Assembly: GCA_964016885.1 (NCBI GenBank)
Contig: OZ024760.1
Span: 31,062,001-31,126,000, forward strand
Origin: Eledone cirrhosa
Taxonomy: Eukaryota
DNA length: 64,000 nt
Direction: 5' to 3'
Shown: piece by piece, positions 60,401 through 64,000 of the stretch
Layout of the letters: every line of letters begins with the position of its first letter
How positions within the stretch are numbered: the first letter of the stretch is position 1
The notes under the pieces: generated by a model
Databases searched by the model: none
What the model was told of the DNA's origin: nothing
The model's input: only the letters and a program-made list of their open reading frames with translations
Position numbers and translations under genes: made by a program

Positions 60401-62990
60401 GACGACTAATTTGTGATCTGAATAGGCAATCATGTGCATTCGTGGACAGCTTAACATATCCTTGTCCCTTTCTCTAATGAAGAACCTATCTAAATACGAT
60501 CTAGATGTCCCACTGCGGTTTGCCCACGTCCACTGTGGTGCAGTCGGGAAATCCAGTCGATACCTATCGGCCAGTTGGAATTGGCCGATTAAAGTTTTGA
60601 GGTTGTTAGACCCCCAACTACTGGGACATGCTCCCACATAGTCCCATCGTGCATCTAGGATACCATTCCAGTCCCTCACTAAAAGTAAGGAGCGAGGCGT
60701 TCCCAGAAAAGACTCTAGACGCTTAAAGAAGTCTGGCCGTGATTGCGATTCCCCGGTCGGGGCATAAACGGCCACCAGTTTGAAGGCTCCACCTCCAATA
60801 CTGTTCACATCTAGGACTACCAGTTTACCCTCCGGGTTCAAGTGTACTTGCTGTACTTTGACGTCCAGGTTCTTCCGAAACATGACAGCCACTCCCCCTC
60901 CACCTCCTGGCTGACAGAGAGATGCGTAGATCTCAAAGTCGTCGAAGATGGGGGTTAGTTGCTGCCTGTTGTGGATCCTGGACTCGGTGATGGCTATCAC
61001 ATCCATACCGTGTGACCTAAGGTCATTTAAAAGTTGGCCCTGTTTCCAGGGCATCCCTAGGCCACGCACATTTACGCTTCCAACTCGTAAACTAGCCATG
61101 TTGGTGAAGAAGAGTTGGAGAAAAAGGACAAAAGGTGCACTTACCTTTTCATTTCCTGGAGATTGGATTGTTCAATCTCCATTTGGGTGCTGGATGGGGT
61201 GTTGGGTGGGGTGGGGAAACATTTTAATAGGACGCGGTTTCTGGGAGGGGTTGCCCACGTCCTGTGAAAATTTATTTTTCAGGTCATTATAGGTTTCCGT
61301 AGAAACCCTTATAAGTTTAAGGTGTGGAGACGATTCTGCTTTGACAAAAGTTTTGCTCTCCGTCTCCACCTTAGGGTTTTGGGAGATGACCTCCATCAAA
61401 CTCTTGTTTGATGTATGCGTATTGTTGTTTGTGTTTTTGTTGTGTTGTTTTAGTTTGTTGTTCGTCCGGGAGTTTTCTTTTTATGGTGGGTGCTTGTGTT
61501 TGGGTAATGTTGGTGTTGGTTTTGCTGGTAGGGGGATGTTTGACTGTGGTGTTGTTTTTGTTGTTGTTTGTGTCTGTGGTTGTGTGTTGGTGTTGGTGAT
61601 TGGAGTTTTGGGGGTTTTGTGGTGTCTCTTTTTTTGATTTTTAGATTTCCGCGGCTCTCCCTCTTCTTCACTTAAAGGAGAAGCAGCTTCATCCGTCGAT
61701 GAATAATCATCGTCAGGAGTGTGGGGTAGGGGTATGTTATGTGGTGGTGGTGTTTCGGTGTGTGTGTTTGATGGAGTGGGATGGGGTGGGGCTGTGTTCT
61801 TCAGGAGTGTTGTCTCTGTTTTTTCTGTTGTTGTTGGTTGAGTGGCTGTTTGTTTTGGTGTGGTTGCTCGTTTCGTCTGTCGTTGTACTTGTGGTGGTGG
61901 TTGTTTTGGTGTTGGTAATAGTGTTTTTTTAATGATGTTGTGGTGTGTTTGTGAAGGACAGGAGGCTTTTAGGTGTACTGTGCTACCACAGCAAAAGCAA
62001 TGAAATTTTCGTCCTTCTACCGAAATGTTTATTTTGTTGTTGTCGTCGATGACGACTTTTTCGGGTATTTTGGAGATTCTTTCTGGCCTCATTTGCAACA
62101 GAATCTCCAAATCAGTACCCGCCCACCTTTGTCGAATAGAGTTTCGTATCGAATGAATCCTATCAGTTTCTGGCTCTACAAAGCCAGCTAAGATCCACCA
62201 GATGTTAATGTTTGGGGGTATATTTTTTATTTTTATTTTTTGTGTCCTTTTTCCCATGTATGTAGGGAAAAAGGTGAATGCTTTTGCCACCATTGGTGTC
62301 ACAGAATGTTTTGGGGCCAGTGCCTCGCTTTTAAACAGTACGGAAACACTTCCGTACTGTTTTCATTGTTGGAGAAAGTCGATATTTGCTAGAATTTCCT
62401 TGAAAGTAGCTTCTATATCTGTTTGACTAACAAATATCGGCTTTCTCGTGGTATTGGATACAATCCTAAAGGTCACTGTCCTTCGAACTGTGTCTTCTTT
62501 TATCTTGTCTTCGAAAGTTACAAATTTTCTCCCTTGCTTGAGCATATCTCTTGCATTGGAGATGTCAAGATTTATAAAATCTTGTTTTTTGTTCACTGTT
62601 TCAGCAAAGACATTTTTTTTTGTGTGGTGTTGCTGTTGTTGTTGTTGTTAGCCTCGGTGTTGGATATCTCAGTTCCTTGACGAGGTGAAACTTTGTGTAG
62701 ATGTATCTGTGGAGTTGTTGGTGTCTTTTTCATGTGTTTGTATGTTAATAGATTTAATTCCTGAGTTTTCATTTCTCTCCGATTCGATGGCAGAAATTGT
62801 ACAATCTTCAAGTAGTAATATTTTTTTCTCTTTGTTGACAGTCGTATCTATGGCGACGTCCATAGTAGCAGAAGCAGATATAACGTTAAAGTCTGCCTCT
62901 TTCTCTCTCTTTTCTCTGTCGACCTTCTTTAGCGTTCTTTTCGAGTTATTCATGTTTTATAGTTGGCAAAATTTGATATTTTAAAACAAT
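57425..62990 (-). mobile_element. Near full-length Tx1/L1-clade LINE: ORF1 (about 62953-61172, CCHC knuckle) and ORF2 (61099 to about 57690; APE, RT, Cys/His finger), several frameshifts
   Basis: ORF1 CFCCGSTVHLKASC; ORF2 SVNVRGL, VYAP, SYLDRF, SDH, GPGYWKLN, GLDGLPYEFY, NFRPITLLN, IRQGC, AYADDVT and CPRC...ETVLHAIVHC. Confidence 0.93.
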
Positions 62991-63144
62991 TTTTAAATTA
63001 AATTTTTGCCCCCAAAGGGGCGAAAAGTGGGATTACCACCCAGCTGACAATTCAGCTTGGGGGTTAATCTACAAAATAATATGTTTTTTCAAACAATTCT
63101 GTTTTTCGTATATAATTTAATAAAAAATCTAACCGGCGATGTTC

Positions 63145-63585
63145 CACAAGCCAGGCAGATAGAGACAAGGCACGACAGTCAAGCGGTAGTAGATGACGTA
63201 TGCTATGAAAGTGTTCGCCCCTCTGCTTGATCTTTCAAAGACAATTTGCACTGACCACTTGTGGGTGAGTGCAAATACCTTGGCCATGACCTCATTCCAG
63301 TCTAGAACGAACCAGACCCCGAGCAATTTCACCGGTCCTTCCGTCCAGCGTCTGACGGCATCGGTTTACCTCTCCACGTTCCGAGTTGCAAACCAACAGA
63401 CTTGTCCAGGTTCAGTTTTGCTCCTGTGAACCTTTCGTATTCCTGTAGTAGGTTGCCGATTACCTTGATTTCCGAGGTTTTCGAAACCATTCCCGCCAGG
63501 ACGCCGCTTTTCGCAGTCCCGGTTCTAAAGGGATGCCCTGCAGTAGCTCCAACTTCTGCAGTAGTGGCTCTAGAGTCAATACGTA
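63145..63585 (-). mobile_element. Tx1 RT fragment (older, deleted copy)
   Basis: LEPLLQKLELLQGIPLEPGLRK and TGAKLNLDKSVGLQLGTW, homologous to 58660-59130. Confidence 0.85.
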
Positions 63586-63827
63586 CCAGCCATATATATG
63601 AACAGACAGAAAAACAGATAGATAGATAGAGAGACAGATAGATAGGTAGATACATAGAGAGACAGACGTAGACAAACACATAGCTAAAGGCAGACAGACA
63701 GACAATTAGACAGGTAAAAATATAGATAGATAGAGAAATAGATAGACAGAGATATTAATAGAATCTGCGGTGATTAGACCTAGGAGACAATTAATCCTGG
63801 GAGTACTCAATACATGGGGAGATATAG

Positions 63828-64000
63828 TGTTGGTATAGAGCTGTAGTTGGTATAGAGATCTAGTTGGTATAGAGATGCAGTTGGTATAGAGATGCAGTTG
63901 GTATAGAGATGTAGTTGGTATAGAGATGCAGTTGGTATAGAGATGCAGTTTGTATAGAGATGCAGTTGGTATAGGGATGCAGTTGGTATAGAGATGTAGT
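63828..64000. repeat. 17-bp tandem repeat GTTGGTATAGAGATGCA
   Basis: Runs off the window end. Confidence 0.9.

Overview
Repeat-rich, AT-rich animal genomic DNA. The mix of long (AT)n tracts, (GAT)n-tailed RTE LINEs, tRNA-derived SINEs and Tx1/CR1 LINEs suggests a cephalopod (octopod) genome; that assignment is inference. The main gene is not visible in the ORF track: a minus-strand, spliced ERICH3-like (DUF4590) gene, assembled here as 11 phase-consistent GT-AG exons from 44176 to 4351 (5701 nt, at least 1900 aa; last exon unresolved). It includes a 3960-nt exon encoding about 190 SPQN[R/S/G]-type pentapeptides where vertebrate ERICH3 has a Glu-rich tail. A possible divergent plus-strand first exon starts about 460 bp from its ATG. 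Introns and flanks hold RTE, CR1-like, Tx1/L1, CRE-like, mariner and LTR remnants, SINEs and mini/satellites. The most unusual non-coding signal is a set of foldback palindromes next to (AT)n tracts. Several carry minimal hammerhead-ribozyme cores (best case: an inverted twin at 29708-29894) or a shared TATTGAGTAC-like flanking motif, consistent with Penelope-like element termini. All calls were made by eye; no searches were run.
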